Assembly: GCF_036321535.1 (NCBI RefSeq)
Contig: NC_087437.1
Span: 53,260,001 to 53,324,000 of the forward strand
Length of the DNA: 64,000 nt
DNA from: Camelus dromedarius
Lineage: Eukaryota
Direction: 5' to 3'
Part shown: positions 39,597 through 51,335 of the stretch, one piece after another
Layout: each line of letters starts with the position of its first letter
How positions within the stretch are numbered: position 1 is the stretch's first letter
Translations under genes and position numbers: made by a program
Notes under the pieces: generated by a model
The model's input: only the letters and a program-made list of their open reading frames with translations
What the model was told of the DNA's origin: nothing
The model's database searches: none

Positions 39597-39686
39597 TCTC
39601 TTTTAAATGGAGGTACTGGGGACTGAACCCAGGACTTCATGCACGCTAAGCACGCACTTTACCACTGAGCTGTACTCTCCCCTCAG
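39597..39686 (-). mobile_element. tRNA-Ala-derived SINE (camelid vic-1-like)
   Basis: Reverse complement GGGGAGAGTACAGCTCAGTGGTAAAGTGCGTGCTTAGCGTGCATGAAGTCCTGGGTTCAGTCCCCAGTACCTCCA plus an A-rich tail; ~15-bp TSD tcactgactattctt / tcacttactattctt. Confidence 0.85.
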
Positions 39687-39819
39687 TCACTTACTATTCT
39701 TGACAGGTAATCTGTCTCCTCAGTCATATCTTCAGGGGGCCCCTTCCTACCTTTTATATTTCTGAGGGTCTTGAACTTATATTATGCACACAGGTCCCCA
39801 GCCAGTACGTGCTGAATGA

Positions 39820-40030
39820 ATGAGTTGAAATGGCTTTGGAACATAAATACCCTGGACCAAATCCTGGCTCCTCCGTTCACCAGCTGCTGAACTTGGGCAA
39901 GTTTTTAACTTCTCTAGGCCTCAGTTTCCTTACTTGTAAAATGCAGAGAAGCCCCCTTTCTTATAGAGTTGTTGGGAAGAGACCATGGGATGCTGAAAGC
40001 ACACACTGAATGGTAGCTGTCGTTATTGTC
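39820..40030 (+). mobile_element. MIR SINE
   Basis: cttgggcaagtttttaacttctctaggcctcagtttccttacttgtaaaatg. Confidence 0.75.
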
Positions 40031-40256
40031 CCTGTTGGATTAACACAAACCGTAAGCGACAAGAACCACTACATGACAGTATGATTTTCTAACCTTTTAA
40101 TGCAGTCCCATTTTGTTTGGCACAAAGATATAGATGGGTAATCTGAAGGATGAGCTGCTTCGTGTAACTGCCCGCTGTGGCGGGTGCTACTTTACTGGTC
40201 CCTAAAAGTGTTTAAGGAGAGGCGTTACAGTAAACAGTGGAATGCATGCCAATTGT

Positions 40257-40262
40257 TTTATT
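40257..40262 (-). terminator. CRYGS: CRYGS polyadenylation signal AATAAA
   Basis: tttatt on the + strand, about 75 nt downstream of the stop codon. Confidence 0.85.
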
Positions 40263-40337
40263 TATGATGCTTTTTTGGACGAACAGGCCAGCCAGCATTT
40301 GGCCCCTAGGAAGAAGGTCATGGCCCAGTCCACATCA

Positions 40338-40778
<441 letters not shown>

Positions 40779-40999
40779 TTAAAATATGCAAGAGGTAGCA
40801 GAAGTGCAATGGAAAGAATTAGTGTATTCAGTCTTGTGATGAACTGACCTAAAATTTTATTGAAGCTTCAGCAGCCAACAAGGGACAACCACCCATTGAG
40901 AGGTAGGAAAATCTTAAGAAAACTCTTTTACATAGAAGCTAAAAAAGAAGGGAGGGGTTGGGGGAAGAGAGCGCGCAAGCCCCCCAGCCCCAGACTCAC

Positions 41000-41242
41000 C
41001 AGATGAACAGCCCTGCAGGAGCTGACGCGGTCGTTGAGGCCCATCCAGTGCTGGTACTCGGGGTACTCACCCCGGGGTAGGATGTACATGTACCCGGCAA
41101 AGTTGGGCCTTTCATACACAGCCCAGGTGCCTCCTTCCACCCTGATGGAGTTGCAGCGACTCAGGTACATGTGGAAATCTGCACAGTCGCAATCGCTGTC
41201 ATAGTGGCGGCCTTGAAAGTTTTTGTCTTCAAAGAAAGTAAT
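41000..41242 (-). CDS. CRYGS: Gamma-S crystallin exon 2 (N-terminal domain, Greek keys 1-2; [11 protein letters not shown]...CRAVHL)
   Basis: 243 nt with a tccctcag acceptor and gtgagt donor. Beta/gamma-crystallin motifs [25 protein letters not shown] and [11 protein letters not shown] are present. Confidence 0.98.
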
Positions 41243-44200
41243 CTGAGGGACAGGGCAGACGAAGCGAAGATCTGAGGGGCTGGGTGGCTTTATTTATAGA
41301 AAAGTGAAAATTAAGAACACGTTCTCCACTTTAGAAATTCTTTCCTCCTCAATCCTGAGGAGAAAATACACAGTTCTCCCTTCCCTCACAACGTGTGCCT
41401 CGGGAGACAACTTTTGTTGTCCACAACAGGCATGAGTACTTTCTGAAGGCTTAAAATGAAAAAAGTAGAAGAGTGCTCTGCTGTAAGCCAGTAGTTTCAG
41501 GCTCAAGGTCATGCCTTCCTCCTCACTGTGCTTATCACATTATATAATGAGTTTTCCACTTGTGTATCTGTCTCTCCCACCAACTCCTACTAGACTTCTT
41601 CCAAAGGCAAGAACCAAGCGTTGTTTAGGCTACGGAACCCTGTGTCCAGTGCTTGACAAACCCGCAACAAGAGCTGGACGAAGATGAGTGAGTTCCAAAT
41701 GCAGACACTGACCTTAGCTTTAGAGCTCATTTTAGATGGTTATAAAACATACTGACATAAAAAAAAATATAGCATACTATGTTCTGTATTATTATTGTAT
41801 TGCCAACAAGAGAGGTTGCAAAGTAACAAAATGACAAGGCAAGAATGTCCTTTGCTTCAAACTCTTACCAAGTTTCACCACAGTCTTTGTTTGGGGTAAA
41901 CCTGTGAGACCTGTGAGGTCTGTGACGGCACTGGGAACTCTGCAAGCCAGAGAAATGGGAAATACTAAGGCTAGGCTCCAGAGCTGCCCCTCTCCAGCCA
42001 GCCCTACTACAAGCCACCTTGTAGACAAGCCATCTCTCTGGGCTCCAGCTTCCCATTTGGCAAATGAAAGGACTGGACTAGGTTCAAAGGTCTGGCTGTA
42101 AAATAAGTTTTGTCTGAAGCAGGTGACAGAATTCCCAGGAACTCTCAGGGCTTCACGACAGTGTTTCCGAAAACCACTAGACCAAACGGACCACAGAGTT
42201 TGTCCCTTCTTGTCCTAGAACTCCACAGCCAAGATCCATGCTCGGTTAGAATTTGAATTGCAATCACAGGCGTCCTTCATTCGAGCAGTCAAGTCCCTGG
42301 TGTGATGCCGCCACCCTGTGGCTAATTAGCTCAGTCGGTTTAAAAGGCGAAAAACCAAGTCAGCCATTTCAGATGAAAGCAGCAGAGGTAGTCAGAGTCT
42401 GGAGAGGATCTCTGAGGTGAGGGTCGAGGGGTAGGTAAGGGTTTTCCAGAGGCAGAGACAAAAGGACAGCTTGTATGAAGGAATAAAGGAGTGAAAGGAC
42501 CCGGCCAATGGGACAAGCAGTTCATTAAGCCTGGTGCATGTTGAGTATGCGGTGAAGGGTTAGGAAATAAAGCCCCAGGGACCCAGAAGCCAGGCCAGGA
42601 TCCCTCGGGGGGTGATGTGGGAAATAAGGCAGTGGTTTGAGCCTGGAAATAGCTGGTTGCTCTGGGCGAGGTGAGAGATGCCGAGGGCCAACCAAAGGCA
42701 ACTGCGATGTGAACAATGAGGAAACAGTCACAGAAACGAGGATGAGGAGACTAACTAGATGTAGGAAATGAAGGAGCAGAAGAAAGTTAGGAATGACTCG
42801 CAGCCAGGCATAATAATACCTCATTCTTTTCTACCCCAGGTGAGTCTTTCTAGATAGTAACCTACTAATAGTTCTTTCCTTCAGCTGTAATCTTTCCCTC
42901 CCTACCCTTCCTGTCTCTCTCAACTCTCTTCTTTCCTTTTCCTGAAAAGCTTCCTTACCCTGCCCACCCCTAAATCACCTACTTCACCTCCTTTCTTCCC
43001 TTTCCATATTCATCTCTTCCCATTCCCCTTCCCATTTTAGCATAGCACAGATTTACAGGTACGTGATACCCCAGTTTACAGATGAGAAAACAAAATTACA
43101 GCACCACTAGTTAAATCTGGGTAACGATGTCCACTGCAGAGGGTTGTTCTGAGGGTCCAACAGCACAGTGTTGATAAAATAATTTTAATAGTTGGCTCGT
43201 GATTGCCAAAAAGCTACAGCTGTTACAGATAAAGAAGTTAAATGATTTGCCCAAGGTCACTAGCTAGTTACAAGCTGGATGCAGGCAAACCAGTGGACAG
43301 CAGTGCAGACTCCTGGTTAGTAATCTGTGGTTCATTCTATTTTACTTTATCTCCCTCTGCTGTCTTACTGCCTGCACAGCTAGCTCTGTTCAACATACAC
43401 CATTTACTCTTAGAAATGGAACAAGACTGTTCTGGATCTGATAAGGCTTTTCCCAAAACCTGTGGGAAAATTGTTAGGAAAATCAAAGTAACTTCTCTAA
43501 GAATGGATAGATTCTAAACTCCTTAAGTCAATTTACCTTTGTTTTTTGGCCAACTATTCAGCAAAAAAGAGGCTTTGCAAGGGATACGCTAAGGGAAATT
43601 AATATCAGCTTTCTTCCTTCATTGTTTCTCACACTTACTACCCTCTGCACATTTACCTGACTGACTTCAGTATCTGAGAAATGGAAACACACATGATTCT
43701 TCCCTGCTGTCCACCTTTCCAGCAGACCAGCCAATCATCCCACAGTAGAAACAAAGCCCTAGTGTTGCCACAGAACCACTACTGAGTTCCAGGGCCAAGC
43801 ACTTCTTGTGGTGGGAGACCTGAGACCAAATCTCAGGACCCAGAGAATGTTGCAGCTCTACTCAATTTCCATTTGTAGAAGGACCATGAAATCTACTTCA
43901 CAGTCAGCTGAGAGGTTGGGACTCAGGCAAAAATTTTTGTAGAGAAGGCTAAGAAATGTGCAGGAGACTTTCCTAGAAGTTGTTACAAAATTCCTCTAAT
44001 TTTCAAGTTCATGTTTTCAAAAATAGCCTACTAATCCAATACAGCAGAGAGAAAAATGTCTTGAGAATTCCAGAGGTAACAAAAACAAACTTAGTAAAAT
44101 GCATTGCTTCTGCCAAGCCCATAACTCCTGTGATTAAATTGCTAGCAAGATAGTGAGAAAGGGAGAAGCAATAAGAGGAAGAATAAGAGATGAATTACTA

Positions 44201-44559
44201 TCTCCTTTGGCCTAGCAGCAACAGTTTTTAACTAAATGAACAGCCCAGCTACAAGAAATAAAAGAGATTACACTATTCCTAGTCTGGAAATCTTTAAAAA
44301 GTGGGGGATGTTCTCTAAGAGTCTTCCCTCCAGGCACATGGACATCCCTCGAAGGATTTCAGATTCTCTTTAGTGGGATTTTCATGGCATTTCATGGGAT
44401 TTTTCAAAAACCTCAGAGCACTAAAGAACACTGTCTTATTTTTCTCCCCAAACCTTCTGGATGCAAGTATGACTATTAGTTCTCTTTTCCAAATGGGAAG
44501 AAAAATCAGGCACTAACCAATTACGGAACAAGTTAAGAGATACCTTCTGAAAAAATACA

Positions 44560-45180
44560 CTGAGAAGTACCTGATATTGCCTACGTATATTTCTTGCCAA
44601 AGTGGTTAGTCTGAATCTAAACATGGGAAAACAATTAGACAAATCCAGATATTGGGACTTTCCATAAGACACCTGGTCTGGACTTTGAAAAATGTCAATG
44701 TCTCAAAGAACAAGAACAAAAAATAGGGGAACTGTTCTATATGAAAGAGGCTAAAACAAACAAAAAGAAGTTCAAAGAAACTTGACAACCAAATGCAATG
44801 TGTGATCCTTGACTGGATTCCACAGCAGGGGAAAAGCCAGCCATGAAGCACATTTTGGGGAGCAACTGAAGGAAATCTGAATAGAGTCTGAATATTAGGT
44901 ATTACACTTATGATAAATTTGGGGGACATAATGGTATTATGTTTACACAGGGAATACCCCTGTTTTTAGGATATACATGCCTAAAATACTTCAGGCAAAA
45001 GTATAACAAAGTCTGCTATTTATTTTCTAATGATTTAGTTAAAAGAGAGACAGAGAGAAACCAGATATGGCAAAATGTTAACAATTGGAGAACATAAGTA
45101 AATGACATACGAGTATTCGTTCAACACCTTTCTTCTTTTAAGATTCAATGGTTTTGAACATTTTCAGAGTAGAACGTTAG
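44560..45180 (+). mobile_element. L1MC-like 3' UTR relic in CRYGS intron 1
   Basis: agacaaatccagat...aaccaaatgcaatgtgtgatccttgactggat...ggcaaaatgttaacaattgg. Confidence 0.7.
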
Positions 45181-45831
45181 GGAGGAATATCAGGCACCAA
45201 AGGCTTTGCTTTAGAGCTATGGTCAGTGGAAGAAGTAAAAAGAGAATGAAGGTATAGTCCCTCATTCCCGAAGAGAATCAGTGTCTAGTCCAACAATAGT
45301 GAATCAAGTATTTCAGAGGCAATTTTCCTAACCCAAGTAAGCAATGCATTTGGGGACAGGGATAAGCGTAACCGCCGAACGAAGCGGGTATGTAGGATTT
45401 AATTCACTTGACTGGTCCATCCACTTTGGCCTTCTAGAATATTAATGGTTGAGGCTAGATTTCACAAGACAAATTTTTAATTGAATACTAAGTTTTTAAC
45501 TCCACATAATCCTCTTATGTGCATGTCCTATTCCTGTGGAAGTTCAAAGATTAGTTGCTGGAAGGCAGAAATGTGATGATATTTACACATTACATACATG
45601 TACAATATTCAACATAGTACCACACATAAAGATAAACCCTTAATAAACTCTTTGGTAATTCTATTAAAGTGGGAAATACAATAAGCATTTCTTAATATTT
45701 TCTCTAATCCTAGCCTTCTAACCGTGATCATACTCACCTCCAGGCTTCTGTTTTTCTCCATGTTTCTTTCAGTGTAGCATTAGGTGAAAAGAAAGTGGGT
45801 AGGCTAGAAATCAGCATGACCATTTACTTAC

Positions 45832-45852
45832 CTTGGTTCCAGTTTTAGACAT
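45832..45852 (-). CDS. CRYGS: Gamma-S crystallin exon 1 coding part (MSKTGTK)
   Basis: Minus strand ATG TCT AAA ACT GGA ACC AAG followed by a consensus donor gtaagt (45826-45831). It joins exon 2 in frame. Confidence 0.96.
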
Positions 45853-45924
45853 TTTTAGTGCATAGATTGGTTTTCCCAGTGCTGAACTCCAGGAATAGCT
45901 ACAGAGAGTTAGAGGCACAGAGAC

Positions 45925-45931
45925 ATTTATA
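45925..45931 (-). promoter_or_regulatory. CRYGS: CRYGS TATA box (TATAAAT)
   Basis: About 75 nt upstream of the ATG, consistent with a TSS near 45900. Confidence 0.85.
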
Positions 45932-45950
45932 CTGGGCTGGTTTCAAATCA

Positions 45951-46260
45951 AACATTTGCTTAGTCATGAGAATAGGATCCAAAAATTGAGTCAGTCATTT
46001 AGAGGCTATTGATGGTTTCTAGAAAAACAATCGGGATTATGAAATAAAGGAAAGCTTCAGTACCCCCTTTAATGCTTACCAAGCCTTGCTGCATTATAGA
46101 TTTTGCTGAGTCAATACACCAGAACCCAGCCAAATTTTTCAAAATTAAAACAAAAAAAGTTCCTCTTACCTGGGCAATTTGGTTTTCTAGCAAGCAGCCA
46201 CCTTGAAACCCCTAAAGCCTTTTTTTTTCCTTCAAAAGAGCTTGCAGGTGATGAGTCAAA
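45951..46260. promoter_or_regulatory. CRYGS: CRYGS proximal promoter with MARE/AP-1, SOX and HSE-like motifs
   Basis: TGCTTAGTCA 45957-45966, TGAGTCA 45987-45993, TTCTAGAA 46017-46024, AACAAT 46026-46031, TGCTGAGTCA 46104-46113, TGAGTCA 46252-46258. Confidence 0.65.
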
Positions 46261-46299
46261 AAACCAACTCTCTAACTCTGAACAGAAGTGATATATATT

Positions 46300-46720
46300 C
46301 CAAAGCAACAAAACTTACATGACAACCAAAGGCAATGCATGATCTTGTATTTCGGAAAAAAAAAAACAACACAACAAGTGACATTTTGGGGATGAATAGA
46401 AAAATTTGAATATAGACTGTATATTAGATAATACTATTGTACCACTGTTAAACTTCCTGAATTTAATCATCTGTACTATGACCATGTAAGAGAATGCCTG
46501 ATTTTAGGAAATACAAGCTAGCGTATATAGGGGTTAAAGGTCCCAGATGTCTGCAACCTACTCCTAAGTTGTTGAGCAAAAATAAAATAATAATACTATA
46601 TATAGAGAGTGGTAAGCTGGATGTGGCAAAATGTTAACAACTGGTGAGTCTGGATAAAAGGCATGTAAGAATTCTCATTCCTGAAAATGTTAAGTTTCAT
46701 ATTTTTTCAAAACACACAAA
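46300..46720 (+). mobile_element. L1MC/ME-like 3' UTR relic upstream of the CRYGS promoter
   Basis: gacaaccaaaggcaatgcatgatctt...atttgaatatagactgtatattagat...tggcaaaatgttaacaactggtga. Confidence 0.65.
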
Positions 46721-46818
46721 GTTCTAATCCAACAAGAAAGGGTGCTACAGTGTGCAGCCGGGGAGACAGAAAGCTACTGTGGGAATTCTGAATTTGCAAA
46801 GGTTTATCTAAGTTCAAC

Positions 46819-46839
46819 TTGCCACCTGCTAGGTGGCAG
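46819..46839. promoter_or_regulatory. Palindromic CTCF-like site
   Basis: TGCCACCT-GCT-AGGTGGCA; reads CTGCTAGGTGGCAG on + and CTAGCAGGTGGCAA on -. Confidence 0.55.
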
Positions 46840-47419
46840 TTCTCTGGCATGATATCATATTGGAACCTGTGTAGAGAACAGTTTTTGGCACTTAACTTAC
46901 CTCTGATTCTAGGAATGAGATTGAATCTTACATAAACTCAAAGAAACAACAAATCGGCTCTTCTCCATTTTAATTTTCCTAGTCACATATATTCTTCTTA
47001 TAAGTCCAACTTCCTCATCTTCCCACTAACAAGGCCTCCAGGAAATATTTTTATCAATGGGATGCCCCAAAATATATCATGGTCAGTTCAGAAAATGATA
47101 AACATGCCTTGATATGAAGACTGTTGAGTAACAAAGTATTAAGTATATGCTTAGTTTTCTGAACTTTATAAACTTTAAAGAAAATATCTAATTAATACCA
47201 TTAATTTTATGAACCAATAGCAATTTCCAAAATATACTTCTGTTACTCCAGTGTTTATCTGTGACACTCTGCTTGCTTGAATTTCACCTTAAAATAAAAA
47301 CTATAAAAACTCCAATTAGAATTAAAATACATTGAGGGTTAATTTTCACTTTAGAAATAAGAGATCAAGACCCTTCTGATATAATTACTAATTAAATGGC
47401 CATAGAACATATGAAACAA

Positions 47420-48180
47420 TGTTTATCAGCAATCAGATTCATTTTATTAAACTGATTATTGTTTTCCTTTATCTTAAAGAACATAGTTTTCTCAACCAAA
47501 TGTAAACTTTATTTTGATATAACATCACGGAATGACATTGGAAACCTTTTCTAAATTTAAAAGTAAAGCTTTATCTTTTTATCAAAAGGAGAAAATTACT
47601 TTTTAGAATGTTTACTGGAAATTTGAAGCAGAAAATGAAATTAAAAAATAAAGATTTCACACAATTTCATTGCTGCATACTTTAAGGGCTAAAATATCTT
47701 TGTATAAAACTTCTGCTATATTTCTATGCCAACAAATCACACTTTCACTCCAATTCTTTTTTTAAAAGGAATAGCTATTTCCTTTGTAAACAGCTACAAA
47801 GAACTATAAAACTCTTATTTAACTCTAGAAAGGATGAAACCCTTTCATTACACAAATTAAAATGTGAAGTTTACTTGTAAATCTATACTCAGTCACTATA
47901 CCATTAACATATATACAAGCCTTCATCAACGTCTTCATTTCAGCATCACAAAATGAGCCTTCTGATGTTCAATAAACAGTATGTTTCTACAATAGTCAGA
48001 AGTTTAGCTAAAATTCAGTGTAAACAGTAACAAGTAAGAATGGAAGGAAAATTAAGGAGAGGTCTTAAACAGGAAAAAAAAAACAAACAAAACTCCAAAG
48101 TCTCTTAAGCAGCAGGAGCACCTTCCCAATTTAGTTTCCACATGTGGCCATCTGCCACTCATCCTCATGTTGCCAGGGCC
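47420..48180 (-). other. TBCCD1: Probable TBCCD1 terminal 3'-UTR-only exon (3' end approximate)
   Basis: Donor CCG|gtaggc 21 nt after the stop (50475/50474); strong acceptor ttattcttttttatcctcag at 48181; AT-rich body; AATAAA at 47508-47513 and 47443-47448. Confidence 0.65.
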
Positions 48181-48589
48181 CTGAGGATAAAAAAGAATAA
48201 TGCTAACAACTTTTTTTCTATTGCCTTCATGCAAACATGGGAAAAAATTCTTTTCATAAAATCACATAAATCAAGGTCAGATGATAATTTAGAGTGATAA
48301 AATATCTGAAGTTAAAAGTTTATACTCTTTTTTTCCAACAGTCACATTAGTTCAGAATAGAAGAAAAGAAATTCACACATAGACATAAAGTAGCAGGCTA
48401 CAGGGATTAGTCTAAACTAAAATTTTATCCTCTTATAGTTACCACTTCCTTTGCATAATCTTCATTAGATTTCTAATTCTTAATTTCAGCACTTACTAAC
48501 TAAATATTGTAAAAATTATTTTTTATGAAAAGTAATACACTTTAAAAATGAAAACAATATAAAGAAAACAATAAAGAACAAGTTTACAC

Positions 48590-49190
48590 AGCTTTGGAAA
48601 AGAGTTCAGTGAGTCCTGAAGAAGTTAAACATATGACCTTGCAATTCTACTCCTCCATATAGTATAACCAAGAGAAATAAAAACATCTCTCTACACAAAA
48701 ACTTGTACACGGAAGTAACTATAGTGGCATTATTCACAAGAGCTGAAGAGTGGAAGCGGTTCAAATGTCCGTCAACTGATGACCAAACTGTGGTATATCC
48801 ATACAATGGAATACTATCCAGCCACAAAAAGGAATGGCGTACTGACACATGCTACAACATAGGTGAACCTTGGCAACATTATGCTAAGTGAAAGAAGCCA
48901 CACACAAAGTCCACATGTTGTTTGATTCTGTTTATATGAAATGTCCAGAATGGACAGATCAAGCAACAAAAAGCAGGTGAGTGGTTGCCAGGGACCAGGG
49001 GGCAGAGGGGATAACGGGGTTGGAGGAATTGGGAGTGATTATCAGTGGGTATGGGGTTTACTTTTAGGGTGATAAAAATATTCTGGATTTGTTAATGGTG
49101 ATGGTTATACAAACTTGTGAATATAACCCAAATTGCTGAATTCTTTAAAAAAGTTGAGTTTTAAGGTATGTGAATTATATTGCCATAAAA
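48590..49190 (+). mobile_element. L1MB-like 3' end (in the TBCCD1 3'-UTR intron)
   Basis: caaaaacttgtacac...tatccatacaatggaatactatccagcc...attatgctaagtgaaagaagcc. Confidence 0.8.
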
Positions 49191-49194
49191 ATTA

Positions 49195-49900
49195 AGAGTA
49201 AGTTTTCTCCTACCCTAGACACCCAGTCTCATCCCTCAAAGACAAACACCATTTACAATTTCTTTATATCCTTTCAGAAAATTTAAGGCACATAATTAGC
49301 ATATAAATGTCTATGATTATCCCTCTCCTTTTTTCAAACACACAAGGCAGCACTTTACCCCCTCCACATTTTTCCTTCACCCCCCGACTCCCACCTTAGA
49401 GATCATTCCATATCAGCACATTACAGATATATACTTCATTCTTTTTAAAGATGCCTTCTACGGCATGGAATGTTTGTTGAACTGATTATTCATTAGGCAC
49501 CAGCCCTCTACTGAGAAGCATTTGGCTTGTTTCCAGTCTACAGCTATTTCAAACCATGCTACAATGAACATCTCTTTTAAGCCGATCTTTACATACATGA
49601 GTGTATCTGTAAGATAAATCTAGGAAGTGAAGTTGCAAAGTTAAAGAACGTGTGCATTTTTAATTTTGATTTTGTCAAATTATCCTCCAAAAAGGCTGCA
49701 CAAATCTACGCTTTCCCCAGCAGCAAGTGAAATGTCTTATCAGTGTCGTATACTATGTTTTTGATCCTTGCCAATGTGATAGATGAAAAATAGTCTTACA
49801 TTTCTTTAATTTTAAGTGAAAATGAGCATCTTTGTGTTTATAAGTATCTTTCTGTGAGCTACCTATTTATGTTCTTTGTCTGTTTTTCTATTGTTACTTT
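49195..49900 (-). mobile_element. Old L1M fragment
   Basis: ttgtttccagtct...gctacaatgaacatc...aaattatcctccaaaaaggctgcacaaat. Confidence 0.65.
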
Positions 49901-50495
49901 AAAGTACTTAAAAATAGCAAAAAGATTTCTATAAAAAATTACATATTTGGAATAAACAACTTCCAGTAAATGTTTCTGTATCCATGTTCTCTTCTGTTGA
50001 ATCTGTAGGTCTCCTAGAGTTCACTATTCAGATCTTCATTTGGATTAATTCTGGTAACTTATTAATGCTCATATGTGTAGCTGACAAAGATTAGCTGATT
50101 TATTAATTGGTTCATGTATAACTTATTAATTGTGAGGTGATGGGAAAGAGGAGACGTGTTAGAAGGCACAAAATTTAAAACTATGTATGGGGAAGTACAG
50201 TACAACTTTGGACAGTACAACTTATGACAGGCAAGAGGCAAAAAAGAGAAATTTGGCTATTGTATTTGCTCATAATTCTACAGGCTCCACCTGAATATTT
50301 TGGTTGGTCTTCTCACTATAAAATGTGGTAAACGAGTATGTAAAAATCTATATGCTGGTGGAAGCAACGGGAAAAAAATTAGCAGTGGTCAGAAACAAAC
50401 TTTCCGTATTTTTTTGGTATGTAAAAAAAGATTTCCCCAAAATAATTTAAGTCATCTCCGTTATAAATGCCTACCGGTGTTTTGATGAGGAAGTC

Positions 50496-50625
50496 TTATC
50501 CTGCTGCTTGTTTGGAGCCTGCTGCAGGGGGCACAAGGCTGTCCAGCTGCTGCTGATGTCCTGTATTAATCAACCACTCATAAAATTTGTTTTCCACAAG
50601 TACCTGGAACTGCTTCCTTTGATCC
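50496..50625 (-). CDS. TBCCD1: TBCCD1 last coding exon (DQRKQFQVL...SKQAAG*)
   Basis: 130 nt, tttag acceptor, TAA at 50496-50498. Total CDS is 1674 nt = 557 aa plus stop. Confidence 0.95.
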
Positions 50626-50869
50626 CTAAAATTGCAGTTGAGAACAAAAAGAATATAAGAACACTAATTCATATTAATTTTATTCCAAGTGGTTATAAAA
50701 TACTTTAACTGGATAAACATTAAATTATTTCTTGTTTTCCCTTTGATCTCTCCAAATAACTGCTCTGTTCAGTTCTGTCCATTTTGATCACCACCACCGA
50801 AAAAAAAAAAAAGATTGTTCAGATACAATTCCCTCTTTGTAAAAACTCAGTAATTATATGTTTAGTTAT

Positions 50870-51335
50870 ACTGTGGTTATTCAACAGATATTCACTGAGG
50901 ACCAAGAGATGCTGGGCAGTGTTCTGACCGATGGGGATAAATGTAAAGCGAAGAGAAAAGGCCTCTGTTTCCGGGCAGGTTTGTGCTGCACGACTCCAGA
51001 GGGCGCCCTTCACACTGGGATCTATGTAGTCTGTGCTCCTTGTGGACTGTATATTTTAGTAGGGAAGATAGGTAATGAATAAAATGAATATACATGAACT
51101 TAGATAATTATAAATGCCTTGGAGAAAGACAGAGCAGGGTAAGGAAATCAAGAATTTGGGAATGCTAACTTAGAAAAAGAATGGACAGAAGAAGCCTAAG
51201 GTGACACAAGCAGAGATCTGAATGAAATGACAGATTAAGTAAAATAAATATCTGGAGAAGAACATTCCAAGCAGAAGAAACAAAAAGTGCAAAGGTCTAA
51301 AGTGAGAGGATTTTTAACATGTTCAGGAGAAGAGA
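50870..51335 (-). mobile_element. L2 fragment (continues ~51920-52110)
   Basis: ttcaacagatattcactgagg...ctggagaagaacattccaagcagaagaaac...gtgcaaagg. Confidence 0.65.
50993..51006 (+). promoter_or_regulatory. CTCF-like site ACTCCAGAGGGCGC (TBCCD1 intron, within an L2 relic)
   Basis: Matches the 3' part of the CTCF core (CAGAGGGCGC) with CpG retained. Confidence 0.4.

Noticed and set aside
39608..39682. Functional tRNA-Ala gene
   Set aside because: Mismatched acceptor-stem start, degenerate B box (GTTCAGTC), A-rich tail and TSD indicate a SINE copy.
41900..41930. 9-bp repeat cctgtgaga/cctgtgagg/tctgtgacg in CRYGS intron 1
   Set aside because: Three degenerate units only; ordinary micro-duplication.
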